DNA of 55,203 bases from Bacteroidota bacterium (lineage in GTDB: Bacteria > Bacteroidota > Bacteroidia > Flavobacteriales_D > Crocinitomicaceae): positions 1 through 55,203 of the forward strand of contig VGML01000001.1 of the NCBI GenBank assembly GCA_016866415.1, given 5' to 3'. The position numbers and the translations under genes are program-made. This document shows, piece by piece, positions 20,428-29,998 of this stretch; positions within the stretch are counted from its first letter, which is position 1; each line of letters opens with the position of its first letter. The notes under the pieces were generated by a model that searched no databases, had not been told where the DNA came from, and saw nothing but the letters and a program-made list of their open reading frames with translations.

Positions 20428-22308
20428 TCACTTCTTATCCAGCCCATCAAAATTTTTAAAGTACTCTAGAAATAAAGCCTCACTGTGGCTTTTTGACTTT
20501 TGAAACTTAGTCTTGGTAAACGTATTTTCCGTGTAACTTTTGCTATCAAAATTATAGAGCAAACTTCCTTTCGGATTAATGAAACCATATCCGCGGATTG
20601 TGGCGTGGAAAGCGAATTGTTTTACATTTGGACTTAGTAAATCCTTACTGAATTTGAATGCATCCGATTTGATTCTTAACTGATGCAGCAATGTTGCGGC
20701 TAAATCTGCTTGGGATCCAATGTTTTTATAAACAGAGCCTCGTTTAGACTTTTGGACAGGCTCACCATAGATGAGAATTGGAATTCTGAAAAACTTAGTG
20801 CTGTAAGGTTCTGGAAACTCAGGAGAGCCATGACTATGGTCTGCTACAAAAACAAAAACCGTGTTTTTATACCACTTTTGTTTTTTCGCTTTTTTAATGA
20901 ATTCTCCGATGCATTTGTCCGAATATTGAATGGAATTCATGAAATCCGACTCCGCCCCTTTCCATTTTTCTTTTCCTGTTTTGGGATAATCGAACGGGGC
21001 GTGCGTGCTTCCCGTAAAAGCGCATTGCATAAATGGTGGCTTACTTGAATTAATTTCTTGAAGAAAGAATTTGAATAAATCCTTGTCGTGATATGTCAGT
21101 TTTCCGTGTTCAAGGCCAGCGGGAAAATCATCCTCATCCAAAACCTTATCAAACTGATGTTCGACAATAAAACTTTCGATGTTCCCATACTTCAAATCTC
21201 CCGCAAACGTGTAGGAAGAAAAATAGCCATACGGTTTCAGTAATTGATTGATTGATTTAATCTTTCTATGTTTTTCTGGGTATAAGGAGATTGCTACTTC
21301 TGGAATTCCGGGATAACCAGCAAGAATGGATGTGTTTCCAATTTCTGAAGTTGTATTGGTTGCGTAAATGTTGGAGAATAAAACGCCTTCTTTAGCTAAT
21401 TTATCAAAATTTGGTGTTGCCCCTTTTGTATTACTCAAACATCCGATTGCATTTGCCGTCCAACTTTCGAGAATAACAAAAACGAGATTTGGTTTGGAGT
21501 CTGTGAGAATGTAATTTTCATGATTTCGGTCAAAATCGAAAAGCGGCTGAACTATTTTTTCGGATTTCCTTTCTTCTATTTTTGGTAAAATATCGCTGAA
21601 ATCTGTTTTCATGTATAGAAAATAGCTATTCCCGAAGAAATAAGTCGAATTGATGGAAACATCATTTATTTTATGTTCTTTTGAAAAACACGCCGAATCA
21701 ATGTTGATAGGAATTTGCTGCCATCCTCCTCGGGCAAACAAAAAACAAAAACCGATTAACAAGGGAAACGCAAGCAACAGAAATGAACGGTCTTTCCAAT
21801 TTGCTGCTACAACTTCAAATCTTCTAGCAGGAAGTAATTTTTTAATTATAAAATAGGCCACAATTCCTTCAAATAATAAAAACAAAGTGAAATAGATCGT
21901 CATTGAATAATCTGCCGTTCTGAACACCTCATCTGGGTTGGAAAGATGCATAAAAACCCGAGATGTCAATTTGTGATTCCACTCGAAATATGCATTTACT
22001 TCTGCACTGTGTATGATGGAAACAGCCAAAATTTCAATTCCAAAAACGACATAAAATAAAATTCGAAGCCCTTTGTGATTATTGAATTTTAGCAAAAAAA
22101 CAACAAAAAGAGGAATAACAGACAAAAAACCAGCTGTTGCTAAATCCAATCTTAACGAATAGATGAAAATTAAGGGAAAACTAAAACTCGCTTTTTCAAA
22201 AACATCGTAATGAATAATAGAAAAAAGAAGCCTCTGAACATCAAAAAGCAAGATCCAAAAGACGAGCAGCAGCAGAAAATTTCGAATTAATATTTTTGTA
22301 ATATTCAC
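20428..22308 (-). CDS. LTA synthase family / sulfatase-type (alkaline phosphatase superfamily) membrane protein
   Basis: About five N-terminal TM helices, then an extracytoplasmic sulfatase-like domain (VFVILESW, ...TNTTSE..., VFVADHS). Confidence 0.8.
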   Translation of the reverse strand: MNITKILIRNFLLLLVFWILLFDVQRLLFSIIHYDVFEKASFSFPLIFIYSLRLDLATAGFLSVIPLFVVFLLKFNNHKGLRILFYVVFGIEILAVSIIHSAEVNAYFEWNHKLTSRVFMHLSNPDEVFRTADYSMTIYFTLFLLFEGIVAYFIIKKLLPARRFEVVAANWKDRSFLLLAFPLLIGFCFLFARGGWQQIPINIDSACFSKEHKINDVSINSTYFFGNSYFLYMKTDFSDILPKIEERKSEKIVQPLFDFDRNHENYILTDSKPNLVFVILESWTANAIGCLSNTKGATPNFDKLAKEGVLFSNIYATNTTSEIGNTSILAGYPGIPEVAISLYPEKHRKIKSINQLLKPYGYFSSYTFAGDLKYGNIESFIVEHQFDKVLDEDDFPAGLEHGKLTYHDKDLFKFFLQEINSSKPPFMQCAFTGSTHAPFDYPKTGKEKWKGAESDFMNSIQYSDKCIGEFIKKAKKQKWYKNTVFVFVADHSHGSPEFPEPYSTKFFRIPILIYGEPVQKSKRGSVYKNIGSQADLAATLLHQLRIKSDAFKFSKDLLSPNVKQFAFHATIRGYGFINPKGSLLYNFDSKSYTENTFTKTKFQKSKSHSEALFLEYFKNFDGLDKK

Positions 22309-22466
22309 TTAACAAAGGTATGAATTCAATTTAACTTGTCTTTTTAGTTAACTAACTGTCATTTTAGTCCATCTTATTAGGTTTCAGATTAGAAGATTTA
22401 TCAAGATAACCGAACAAGCAATCTCTAATCAATTCATACGTTTATTTAACACAACAACTTATCTTC

Positions 22467-25400
22467 GTGTTAATGTCCTTTCGACTAACGTTTTTTCTAC
22501 TTATCCTGTATTTTCTGCCCAAGTTTTTGGTGGCGCAGGAAGGAAGTTGGCGTGAACTGAGAAGACAGGTAGGAACTGAGGTAATTCAACTAGACACATT
22601 GAGTATTTATCCGAATTCATTTGTTGTGAAAAAAGGAGAAATTCCGTTGTCGGAAAAAGAGTATGTTGTTGATTATTTTAAAGGTACTTTTCAACTGAAA
22701 AAACCAATTTCAGACACACTTTATTTTACCTTTCAGGTTTTTCCATTTCAACTCACTCAAAGTGTTCGTAAACGAGAAGAAACAATCATTTACAATCAAG
22801 ATAAAGGTGATAGAGATCTTTTTAAAATTGAAAACAAGGTAACAGTCAACGATCTATTTGGCGGAAGTGAATTAAATAAGAAAGGAAGCATTTCACGCGG
22901 AGTTTCCTTTGGAAACAATCAAGATCTTGGGATTAATTCGTCTTTGAATTTGGAGTTGAACGGTGAACTTACTCCGAATTTGAAGGTTTTGGCCTCTGTT
23001 TCGGATGCTAATCTGCCAATACAACCAGATGGAAACACCAATAAACTACAGGAGTTTGACCAGGTTTTTATCCAGGTATACAACGATCGTTTGAAAGTTG
23101 TTGCTGGAGATTTTTGGATCAGTAAGCCGATGGGTTATTTTTTGACTTATAAAAAACGTGGACAAGGATTAACTTCCGAATTCAAATGGAATACGGCTAA
23201 AAATAACGAGTGGAAAACCCAAATTAGTGGCGCTTTATCCAAAGGAAAGTTCAATCGACAAATCATACAAGGAATTGAGTCAAATCAAGGGCCTTATCGA
23301 CTTCGCGGAGCTGAAAACGAACCATTTATTTTGATTTTGGCAGGAACAGAGCGAATTTACATTGATGGTCGTCTTTTGGAAAGAGGCCAAGAGTTTGATT
23401 ATGTGATTGATTACAATTCTTCTGAGCTTACGTTTACCTCTCGCAACCTCATTACGAAAGACACACGAATCGTCGCAGAATTTCAGTATTCAGATCAAAA
23501 CTATGCAAGATCCCTAGTTCAAAATTCGACCACATACACGGGCAAGAAACTCAATTTTTGGATTAATGCGTATTCTGAACAAGACGCGAAGAATCAATCG
23601 TTACAACAGGAATTGAGTGGATCACAGAAACAATATTTAACTCAAATTGGTGATAGTTTGGAGTTAGCACGAATTAATAGTATCGATTCTGTCGGGTTCA
23701 TTGATAATCAAGTGCTCTACAAAATGATTGATTCGTTGGGATATGATTCCGTTTTGGTTTATAGTATAAACCCTGATTCAGCTAAGTTCAGAGCGTCATT
23801 TCAATTCGTAGGACAAAACAAAGGTGATTACGTGCTCGATAATTTTAACGCTTTTGGTAAGGTTTTTCGATGGGTTGTTCCAATTGGCGGAGTTCCTCAA
23901 GGTGATTATGCGCCAAGTCGACTGATTATCACACCAAAAAGAAAGCAGTTGGTGAGTTCTGGTATTTCAATTCGGTTATCTCCAAAAGTTTCTCTTGAGT
24001 CTGAAATGGCTCTTTCGACGAACGACTTGAACTCCTTTTCAAAACTGAATAGTTCAGATGATCAAGGATATGCCAACCGAACAAAAATCAAATCGGCGCT
24101 TCCTTTTGGAAAAGACACTACTGCGGGTTGGCAACTTGAAAATGCGGCAGAAATAGAACTTCTATCGACTCATTTCAGTCCGATTGAGCAATATCGAAAA
24201 GTGGAATTCGACCGTGATTGGAATACGCGTAACAAAGGATTTGTTGGTTCTCAGCGAGTTGCGAATTTGTCATCTACGTTGAAAAACAAGCGAAATGGAT
24301 TTATGAATTTGGAAGGCCAACATTTCTCAATTGGAAGTGACTATTTCGGGAATCGCTTGGCATCAGAGGGAAATTGGAGGCAGCTAGGTTGGTCTGCAAA
24401 ATGGGATGGTAGTTTTCTTTCTTCTAAAAACAAACAATCGAATGTAAACCCTAGTCAAAATTATTCGGATAATATATTTTTAAGACATCGCGCAGATATT
24501 TCGAGGGATTTTAAATCAATAAAAATCGGATACATTGACGATCACGAGCGAAATGAATTTCGAAGTTCATCCAATAAAATAAGTCCATTGAGCTACCAAT
24601 TTTTCGATTATCAATTTTATCTTTCAAGTGGTGATTCCTCCAAAACGTTTTTCAAGCTTTTTTATCGTGAGCGTTTCGACCAACGAGCAGATAGTTCTCG
24701 CTTAAAGCCTGTAGCTAAAGCAATTACCGCAGGAGGTGAAATCAAACTAGCCGAGTTAAAAAACCAACGATTAAATATCATTGCTGCGTATCGTTCATTG
24801 CGAGTTTCAGATACTATTTTACTTGTTCAAACGCCTGAAAACTCAATGGTTGGAAGAATTGACTACGAGGCAAGGTGGTGGAAAAATGCATTGACCTGGA
24901 ATACGTTTTATGAGATGGGATCGGGCTTGGAACAAAAACGCGAATTTCAATATTTGAAAGTAAACGATGGGCAAGGAATTTATGCCTGGGTTGATTACAA
25001 CGGAGACGAAATCAAAGATCTAAACGAATTTGAAATAGCCCAATTTATAGACCAAGCGAGCTATGTTCGAATTTTTATTCCGAGTAATACCTATATAAAA
25101 ACGTATTCAAATGAGTTCAATCAAAGCATATTTTGGAGACCGGAGCGAATATGGACAAATAAATCAACTTTTTATAAATTCCTTTCCCGCTTTTCCAATC
25201 AGGCACGCGTCCGTATTAATCGAAAAATCAACGCTTTTGATCCAAATGAAGCCTTCAATCCGTTTGCGACAACAATTAATGACCAAAATTTAGTGAGCAC
25301 CAATTCGACGCTGAAAAACTCTCTTTTTTTCAACCGAACATCAAGTATTATTAATGCAGAATACAGTATTCAAGATGTGCGCGCAAAAACCCTACTTGCA

Positions 25401-25946
25401 AGTGGGTTCGATTCAAAGCACAATGCGTCTCAAGAATTTTCTGTGCGATGGAACATTCGGCCAACTTTTTCAATCGAGGTTAAAGGTCTACTTGGAACAA
25501 AGGAATCATTTGCAGATTATACTATCGGAAGAAACTATAAATATGATTACAAGACGGTTCAACCAAGTTTGATTTATCAGCCCTCAACGATTTTTAGAAT
25601 TTCCCTTGATGGAAGAATTTCAGAAAAAGGAAACGCGCAAGAATTGGGAGGAGAGAAGTGTTCGCTTTTAGAGCTGAGAAGTAATTTGAAATACAATCAA
25701 ACGGAAAAAGGCAGTTTTCAGGCAGAATTTAAAACCGTTCGGATGAATTTTGAAGGAAATAATAATTCTGCGATCGGATTTGAATTGTTGGAGTCACTGA
25801 AACCAGGAGTTAACTATACCTGGAACATCAGCTATCAACGAAACGTTTCTAAAAATCTACAACTTTCCATTCAATATTTAGGAAGAAAATCAGAAAATTC
25901 TCGCTTGATTCAAAGCGGAACGATGGAAGTACGTGCGTTTTTCTAA
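22467..25946 (+). CDS. large (1159 aa) predicted outer-membrane beta-barrel-type protein, function unknown
   Basis: Signal peptide, a long run of alternating beta-strand-like sequence rich in Y/F/N/S, and a C-terminal aromatic residue (...MEVRAFF) typical of OM barrels. GTG start in the ORF track. Confidence 0.6.
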   Translation: MLMSFRLTFFLLILYFLPKFLVAQEGSWRELRRQVGTEVIQLDTLSIYPNSFVVKKGEIPLSEKEYVVDYFKGTFQLKKPISDTLYFTFQVFPFQLTQSVRKREETIIYNQDKGDRDLFKIENKVTVNDLFGGSELNKKGSISRGVSFGNNQDLGINSSLNLELNGELTPNLKVLASVSDANLPIQPDGNTNKLQEFDQVFIQVYNDRLKVVAGDFWISKPMGYFLTYKKRGQGLTSEFKWNTAKNNEWKTQISGALSKGKFNRQIIQGIESNQGPYRLRGAENEPFILILAGTERIYIDGRLLERGQEFDYVIDYNSSELTFTSRNLITKDTRIVAEFQYSDQNYARSLVQNSTTYTGKKLNFWINAYSEQDAKNQSLQQELSGSQKQYLTQIGDSLELARINSIDSVGFIDNQVLYKMIDSLGYDSVLVYSINPDSAKFRASFQFVGQNKGDYVLDNFNAFGKVFRWVVPIGGVPQGDYAPSRLIITPKRKQLVSSGISIRLSPKVSLESEMALSTNDLNSFSKLNSSDDQGYANRTKIKSALPFGKDTTAGWQLENAAEIELLSTHFSPIEQYRKVEFDRDWNTRNKGFVGSQRVANLSSTLKNKRNGFMNLEGQHFSIGSDYFGNRLASEGNWRQLGWSAKWDGSFLSSKNKQSNVNPSQNYSDNIFLRHRADISRDFKSIKIGYIDDHERNEFRSSSNKISPLSYQFFDYQFYLSSGDSSKTFFKLFYRERFDQRADSSRLKPVAKAITAGGEIKLAELKNQRLNIIAAYRSLRVSDTILLVQTPENSMVGRIDYEARWWKNALTWNTFYEMGSGLEQKREFQYLKVNDGQGIYAWVDYNGDEIKDLNEFEIAQFIDQASYVRIFIPSNTYIKTYSNEFNQSIFWRPERIWTNKSTFYKFLSRFSNQARVRINRKINAFDPNEAFNPFATTINDQNLVSTNSTLKNSLFFNRTSSIINAEYSIQDVRAKTLLASGFDSKHNASQEFSVRWNIRPTFSIEVKGLLGTKESFADYTIGRNYKYDYKTVQPSLIYQPSTIFRISLDGRISEKGNAQELGGEKCSLLELRSNLKYNQTEKGSFQAEFKTVRMNFEGNNNSAIGFELLESLKPGVNYTWNISYQRNVSKNLQLSIQYLGRKSENSRLIQSGTMEVRAFF

Positions 25947-25948
25947 TT

Positions 25949-26446
25949 TTACCGTGGTTTTGGGCCGATGTATTCCATACATGGATTTAGGCCAACGAAA
26001 CATTTCTCAGATAAAGTAATTGTAACATTGGTTTTATCTTTCACTTCAAACGTAAAATCAGGTGTCGCTTTCCATGATTCGACCACTTCAACACCAACAA
26101 AAGCATACATTTCACTATCCGGTTTACGGAATTTTTGTTGAATTTCTTCGATGGTCAACATTTTATCTGAACGAAAAACCCTGTAATTTCCTGACTTTAG
26201 CTTTCCTCCCCACTTTCCTAATGAATCCAAGGAAATCCATTTTTCAAGATTGTACAACTTTGAATCATCACTCAGTTTATAAATAACTACTTTTTCATTT
26301 GCGTAAGGCGTTTTCGTTCCTTTTGCCATTTCTGCTGTTGGTTTTGCGCCACCGCAATATGGTTTCCAAGTTTCAACAACCAGAGCTACTTTCTGAGAAG
26401 AGCAAGAAGTTAGAACAAGTAGCATTAGAATGCTTAAGTATTTCAT
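25949..26446 (-). CDS. lipoprotein of unknown function
   Basis: Lipobox-like signal (LLVLTSCSS). 165-aa ORF convergent with the preceding gene. Confidence 0.55.
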   Translation of the reverse strand: MKYLSILMLLVLTSCSSQKVALVVETWKPYCGGAKPTAEMAKGTKTPYANEKVVIYKLSDDSKLYNLEKWISLDSLGKWGGKLKSGNYRVFRSDKMLTIEEIQQKFRKPDSEMYAFVGVEVVESWKATPDFTFEVKDKTNVTITLSEKCFVGLNPCMEYIGPKPR

Positions 26447-26485
26447 ACGTGTTTTTTGAAACGTTAAACTAAAATCTTGCCAAAA

Positions 26486-27643
26486 TTAACCAATAAGCTC
26501 CAATGCTTTGTATCGTGCCTTGGAATCAGCAGTTACATAATTTTCGTAAGTTGGAGTTAAGATATTATCACAAGCATTAACCACGTTTTCATTGAGTTGG
26601 GCGATTTCAACAAAACTGATTTTCTTGTTCAAGAATGCGTCCACGGCAATTTCATTGGCAGCATTCAACGTACAAGCAACAGTCCCATTTTCATACATTG
26701 CACGATATGCTAAATCTAAATTCTTAAAAACAGTTCTATCTGGGGCCTCGAAAGTCAATTGTGGATAATCTAAAAAATTGAAACGTTGAAATTCGGTTTT
26801 AAAACGATTCGGATAAGTTAACGCGAATTGGATTGGTAATTTCATATCAGGTAAGCCCATTTGAGCTTTCATACTTCCATCTTCAAATTGAACCAACGAG
26901 TGAACGATGGACTGAGGATGAACAATTACGTCAATTTGTTCTGCATTTAACCCAAACAACCATTTTGCTTCAATTACCTCCAGCCCTTTATTCATTAAGC
27001 TCGCTGAATCAATGGTAATTTTTGCGCCCATCGACCAGTTCGGATGCTTTAAAGCTTGGTTAAGTGTAACGGTTTGGAGTTGGTCTAACGAAAATCCTCT
27101 AAACGGCCCACCCGAGGCAGTCAAATAAATCTTTTCAATCGGATTGTGAAACTCACCTACAATGCACTGAAAAATAGCGGAATGCTCAGAGTCGACAGGA
27201 TAAATATTTACGCCTTTTTCCTTTGCAAGTTTGGTAATCAATTCTCCGGCAACGACCAATGTTTCTTTATTGGCAAGCGCAACTGTTTTTCCTGCATTGA
27301 TGGCGTGTATTGTAGGCTTCAATCCAGCATAACCAACGAGCGCCGTTAAGACTGTATGAACTTCATTGGATTCAACAGCCTGACAAAGAGCATCTTCACC
27401 GCAGTAAACATGAATGGCTTCATTTTTTAATGCTTCTTTGACAAGTGGGTACTGACTTTCATCTCCAATTACAATCGAATTTGGTTGAAATCTAAGTGCT
27501 TGTTCAATCAATAAAGCAGCATTTTTACCAGCGGTTATAACTTGTAAATCAAAATATGCTGGATAAGCAGAGATAACCTCTAGTGCTTGTGTTCCAATGG
27601 AGCCTGTTGAACCTAGAATAGCAATTCCTTTTTTCTCTGACAT
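26486..27643 (-). CDS. dxr: 1-deoxy-D-xylulose-5-phosphate reductoisomerase
   Basis: NADPH motif ILGSTGSIGTQ, then LANKE, DSEHSA and the HPNWSMG motif. The likely start is MSEKKGIAILG at 27643 rather than the ORF-track start at 27688. Confidence 0.95.
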   Translation of the reverse strand: MSEKKGIAILGSTGSIGTQALEVISAYPAYFDLQVITAGKNAALLIEQALRFQPNSIVIGDESQYPLVKEALKNEAIHVYCGEDALCQAVESNEVHTVLTALVGYAGLKPTIHAINAGKTVALANKETLVVAGELITKLAKEKGVNIYPVDSEHSAIFQCIVGEFHNPIEKIYLTASGGPFRGFSLDQLQTVTLNQALKHPNWSMGAKITIDSASLMNKGLEVIEAKWLFGLNAEQIDVIVHPQSIVHSLVQFEDGSMKAQMGLPDMKLPIQFALTYPNRFKTEFQRFNFLDYPQLTFEAPDRTVFKNLDLAYRAMYENGTVACTLNAANEIAVDAFLNKKISFVEIAQLNENVVNACDNILTPTYENYVTADSKARYKALELIG

Positions 27644-27723
27644 ATTGCAAAAATAACACTTTGGGACCTCAAAATGATAATGAAACATATTATTATGCTA
27701 AATTCGGTCCGAAAAAACGATTT

Positions 27724-28088
27724 ATGGAAGATTGAAAAATAACGGTGGAAATCATCGTTAACAAAGGAATAGATTCTGTTTGGAATAGTTGGGCGGAACC
27801 TAATCACATCCATAATTGGAATCACGCAAGTGATGATTGGCATACTATTCGTGGAAGCCAAAGATGGGGGTTTTGGCTTTGATTTCGAGTCAAATTATAA
27901 AGTTGTAAATGAAAAATCCGAATTGACTTACATCAGGATCGACGGGAGAAGAGCTACTATAATTTTTCAACAAAAGGGGACAGAAACTAAAGTCACAACC
28001 ACCTTTGATTCTGAAAATGAAAATCTAGTTGAACTTCAAAAAGCAAGCTATTTTGAATAATTTCAAGAAATATGTGGAATCAATTTAG
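27724..28088 (+). pseudogene. degraded SRPBCC / AHSA1 (Aha1-like) domain gene
   Basis: Three frames together rebuild one family-like protein. The first gives MED*KITVEIIVNKGIDSVWNSWAEPNHIHNWNHASDDWHT, with an in-frame TGA at codon 4. After a +1 shift the second gives EAKDGGFGFDFESNYKVVNEKSELTYIRIDGRRATIIFQQKGTETKVTTTFDSENENLVELQK. After another shift the third gives AILNNFKKYVESI*. A stretch expected between WHT and EAKDG is missing. Confidence 0.6.
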
Positions 28089-28973
28089 AATTTCGTTGAC
28101 ATTTTGCTTAATTCGTTCACAAATCTGATCTGTAGGTAAGTCATTGTCATCTTCACCAAAAGGATCTTCGATTTCTTCAGCTAATACCTCCATACTCACT
28201 AACGCGTAGAAAACAAAAGTTGCGATAAAAGCTGAAAAATAACTGAATTGGTTAACGAATGCCAAAGGCAAAGTAATGACATAAATAAAGATGAACTTTT
28301 TAATGAATAGACTATACGAATAGGGTATAGGTGTGTTTTTTATCCGCTCACATGCACCGAGAGAATCAATAAGACTGTTAATATTTTTATCAAGAATTAA
28401 CCATTCAATATCTGAGACGCGACCTTTTGATTTTAATTCATATAGCTTCGATTGTAATAGATTCATAAAGAAGATGGGTTTGTGGTCAGCGCGAATGTAG
28501 TTGTCTTGTTCATTTGATTCATTAAACTCAATCTCCCCTTCGTTCGTTTTGTCTCGTAAATGGTTTTTTGCGCTATAGCAAAAATTACAGATGGTCTTAT
28601 TGAAAAAAGTTTTTTCTTTTTTCAATGACTCAATAGCGTTTATTTTTAGCGCTAGATTTCTACTATCATTTACAATAGCGCCCCATAATTTTCTACCTTC
28701 CCACCAACGATCATAAGCGGTGTTGGTTCTGAAAACGAGTAAAAGTGAAATAACAAACCCGAGTAAGGAATAAACGGCGATTAAATTTTTTAGAAATCCA
28801 GCTTTTGGAAAAAAATGTAATTCGGCAAAGGTTATAGCAAGAGATAAAACCCCAATATAAATCAGTTGTTTCCAAAGCATACGAACCGTATCACTTTTAG
28901 AAAAAGAAAAGATTAATGTAAACCAGTTTTTTGGATTATAACTTATCATTTGAATAATTCTAAATAAGCACAA
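28080..28973 (-). CDS. bestrophin-family (UPF0187/YneE-like) anion channel
   Basis: Hallmark FRTNTAYDRWWEGRKLWG motif following two TM helices, and later TM helices with a conserved acidic C-terminal region. The start may be the internal Met at 28949. Confidence 0.8.
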   Translation of the reverse strand: MCLFRIIQMISYNPKNWFTLIFSFSKSDTVRMLWKQLIYIGVLSLAITFAELHFFPKAGFLKNLIAVYSLLGFVISLLLVFRTNTAYDRWWEGRKLWGAIVNDSRNLALKINAIESLKKEKTFFNKTICNFCYSAKNHLRDKTNEGEIEFNESNEQDNYIRADHKPIFFMNLLQSKLYELKSKGRVSDIEWLILDKNINSLIDSLGACERIKNTPIPYSYSLFIKKFIFIYVITLPLAFVNQFSYFSAFIATFVFYALVSMEVLAEEIEDPFGEDDNDLPTDQICERIKQNVNEILN

Positions 28974-29029
28974 ATCTAAAATTCTTTTCGCATTTATTTT
29001 TACCTTCGTTTAAGTTGAAAATGTAATTT

Positions 29030-29998
29030 ATGGAAATAACGCCTGAATTAGAGAAAAAACTAGACCTACTTCAAGAAAAGTACAGCGGTTTAGGTCAAGA
29101 TTTAATGTCTTATTTGGATGGTCTGCTTTATGCAGATGTAACAACCTATTGGGATTACATTGAGTTAGACACCTTGTTAAGTCTTCAAAAACCTAAAACC
29201 CGATTTCCTGATGAGGTGGTTTTTATTATGTATCATCAAATTACAGAGTTATACTTTAAACTTTCTTTAAGGGAATTTAAACAAATAGGTGAAAAAACAG
29301 ATATTGATAAAACGTTTTTCATAGAAAGAGTTACTAGAATAAATCGCTATTTCGAAGCATTGATTAAAAGTTTTGAAATCATGATTGAAGGCATGGAGCG
29401 CGACCAATTTCTTAAGTTTCGCATGGCACTTCTTCCCGCAAGTGGTTTTCAGTCTGGGCAATATCGTGAAATTGAAATTTGGAGCACCAATTTTATTAAC
29501 CTAGTCGCCAAGGATCAGCGTTTAAACTTTAATGCATCCTCTTCCATTAAAGAAATGATAGAACATATTTATTGGAAAGAGGGGGCTACAGAGGTTTCGA
29601 CCGGTAATAAAACACTCACTTTGACTCAGTTTGAGGAGAAATATATGGACTCATTTATTGAACTTGGAGAAGCATGTAAAAAACAAAATCTGTGGCAGGT
29701 TTACCTTCGTTTAAATAAAGATGATAAGGAAGATCAAACAGTCAAAGCTGTATTGAGAACAAATGATATAAATGTCAACGTCAATTGGCCATTAGCTCAT
29801 TATAAATCGGCTGTTCGTTATCTTGCAAGAGACACAGAAGATGTTGCCGCAACAGGAGGTACCAATTGGCAAAAATACCTGCCTCCGCGTTTTCAAAAAC
29901 GAATTTTTTATCCAGAATTATGGTCTTCAGAAGAAATTGAAAACTGGGGTAAGGGTTGGGTTGAGGAAACGATTAGAGGATTTAAAAAACCTCTTTAA
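29030..29998 (+). CDS. kynA: tryptophan 2,3-dioxygenase
   Basis: YWDYIELDTLLSLQKP...DEVVFIMYHQITELYFKL matches the conserved TDO N-terminal helices, including the heme-proximal region. Later there are SGFQS and YRE-type motifs (PASGFQSGQYREIE). Confidence 0.85.
   Translation: MEITPELEKKLDLLQEKYSGLGQDLMSYLDGLLYADVTTYWDYIELDTLLSLQKPKTRFPDEVVFIMYHQITELYFKLSLREFKQIGEKTDIDKTFFIERVTRINRYFEALIKSFEIMIEGMERDQFLKFRMALLPASGFQSGQYREIEIWSTNFINLVAKDQRLNFNASSSIKEMIEHIYWKEGATEVSTGNKTLTLTQFEEKYMDSFIELGEACKKQNLWQVYLRLNKDDKEDQTVKAVLRTNDINVNVNWPLAHYKSAVRYLARDTEDVAATGGTNWQKYLPPRFQKRIFYPELWSSEEIENWGKGWVEETIRGFKKPL

Noticed and set aside
27613-28060. ORFs 27613..27861 (minus, 82 aa) and 27830..28060 (plus, 76 aa) as separate small genes
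   Set aside because: The minus ORF overlaps the dxr start region and has no features. The plus ORF is the middle frame of the frameshifted SRPBCC/AHSA1 pseudogene.
29982-29998. 17-nt convergent overlap of the kynA and solute-binding-protein 3' ends as a regulatory feature
   Set aside because: Short convergent overlaps are common in compact genomes. There is no hairpin or other signal here, so it is only noted in the feature evidence.
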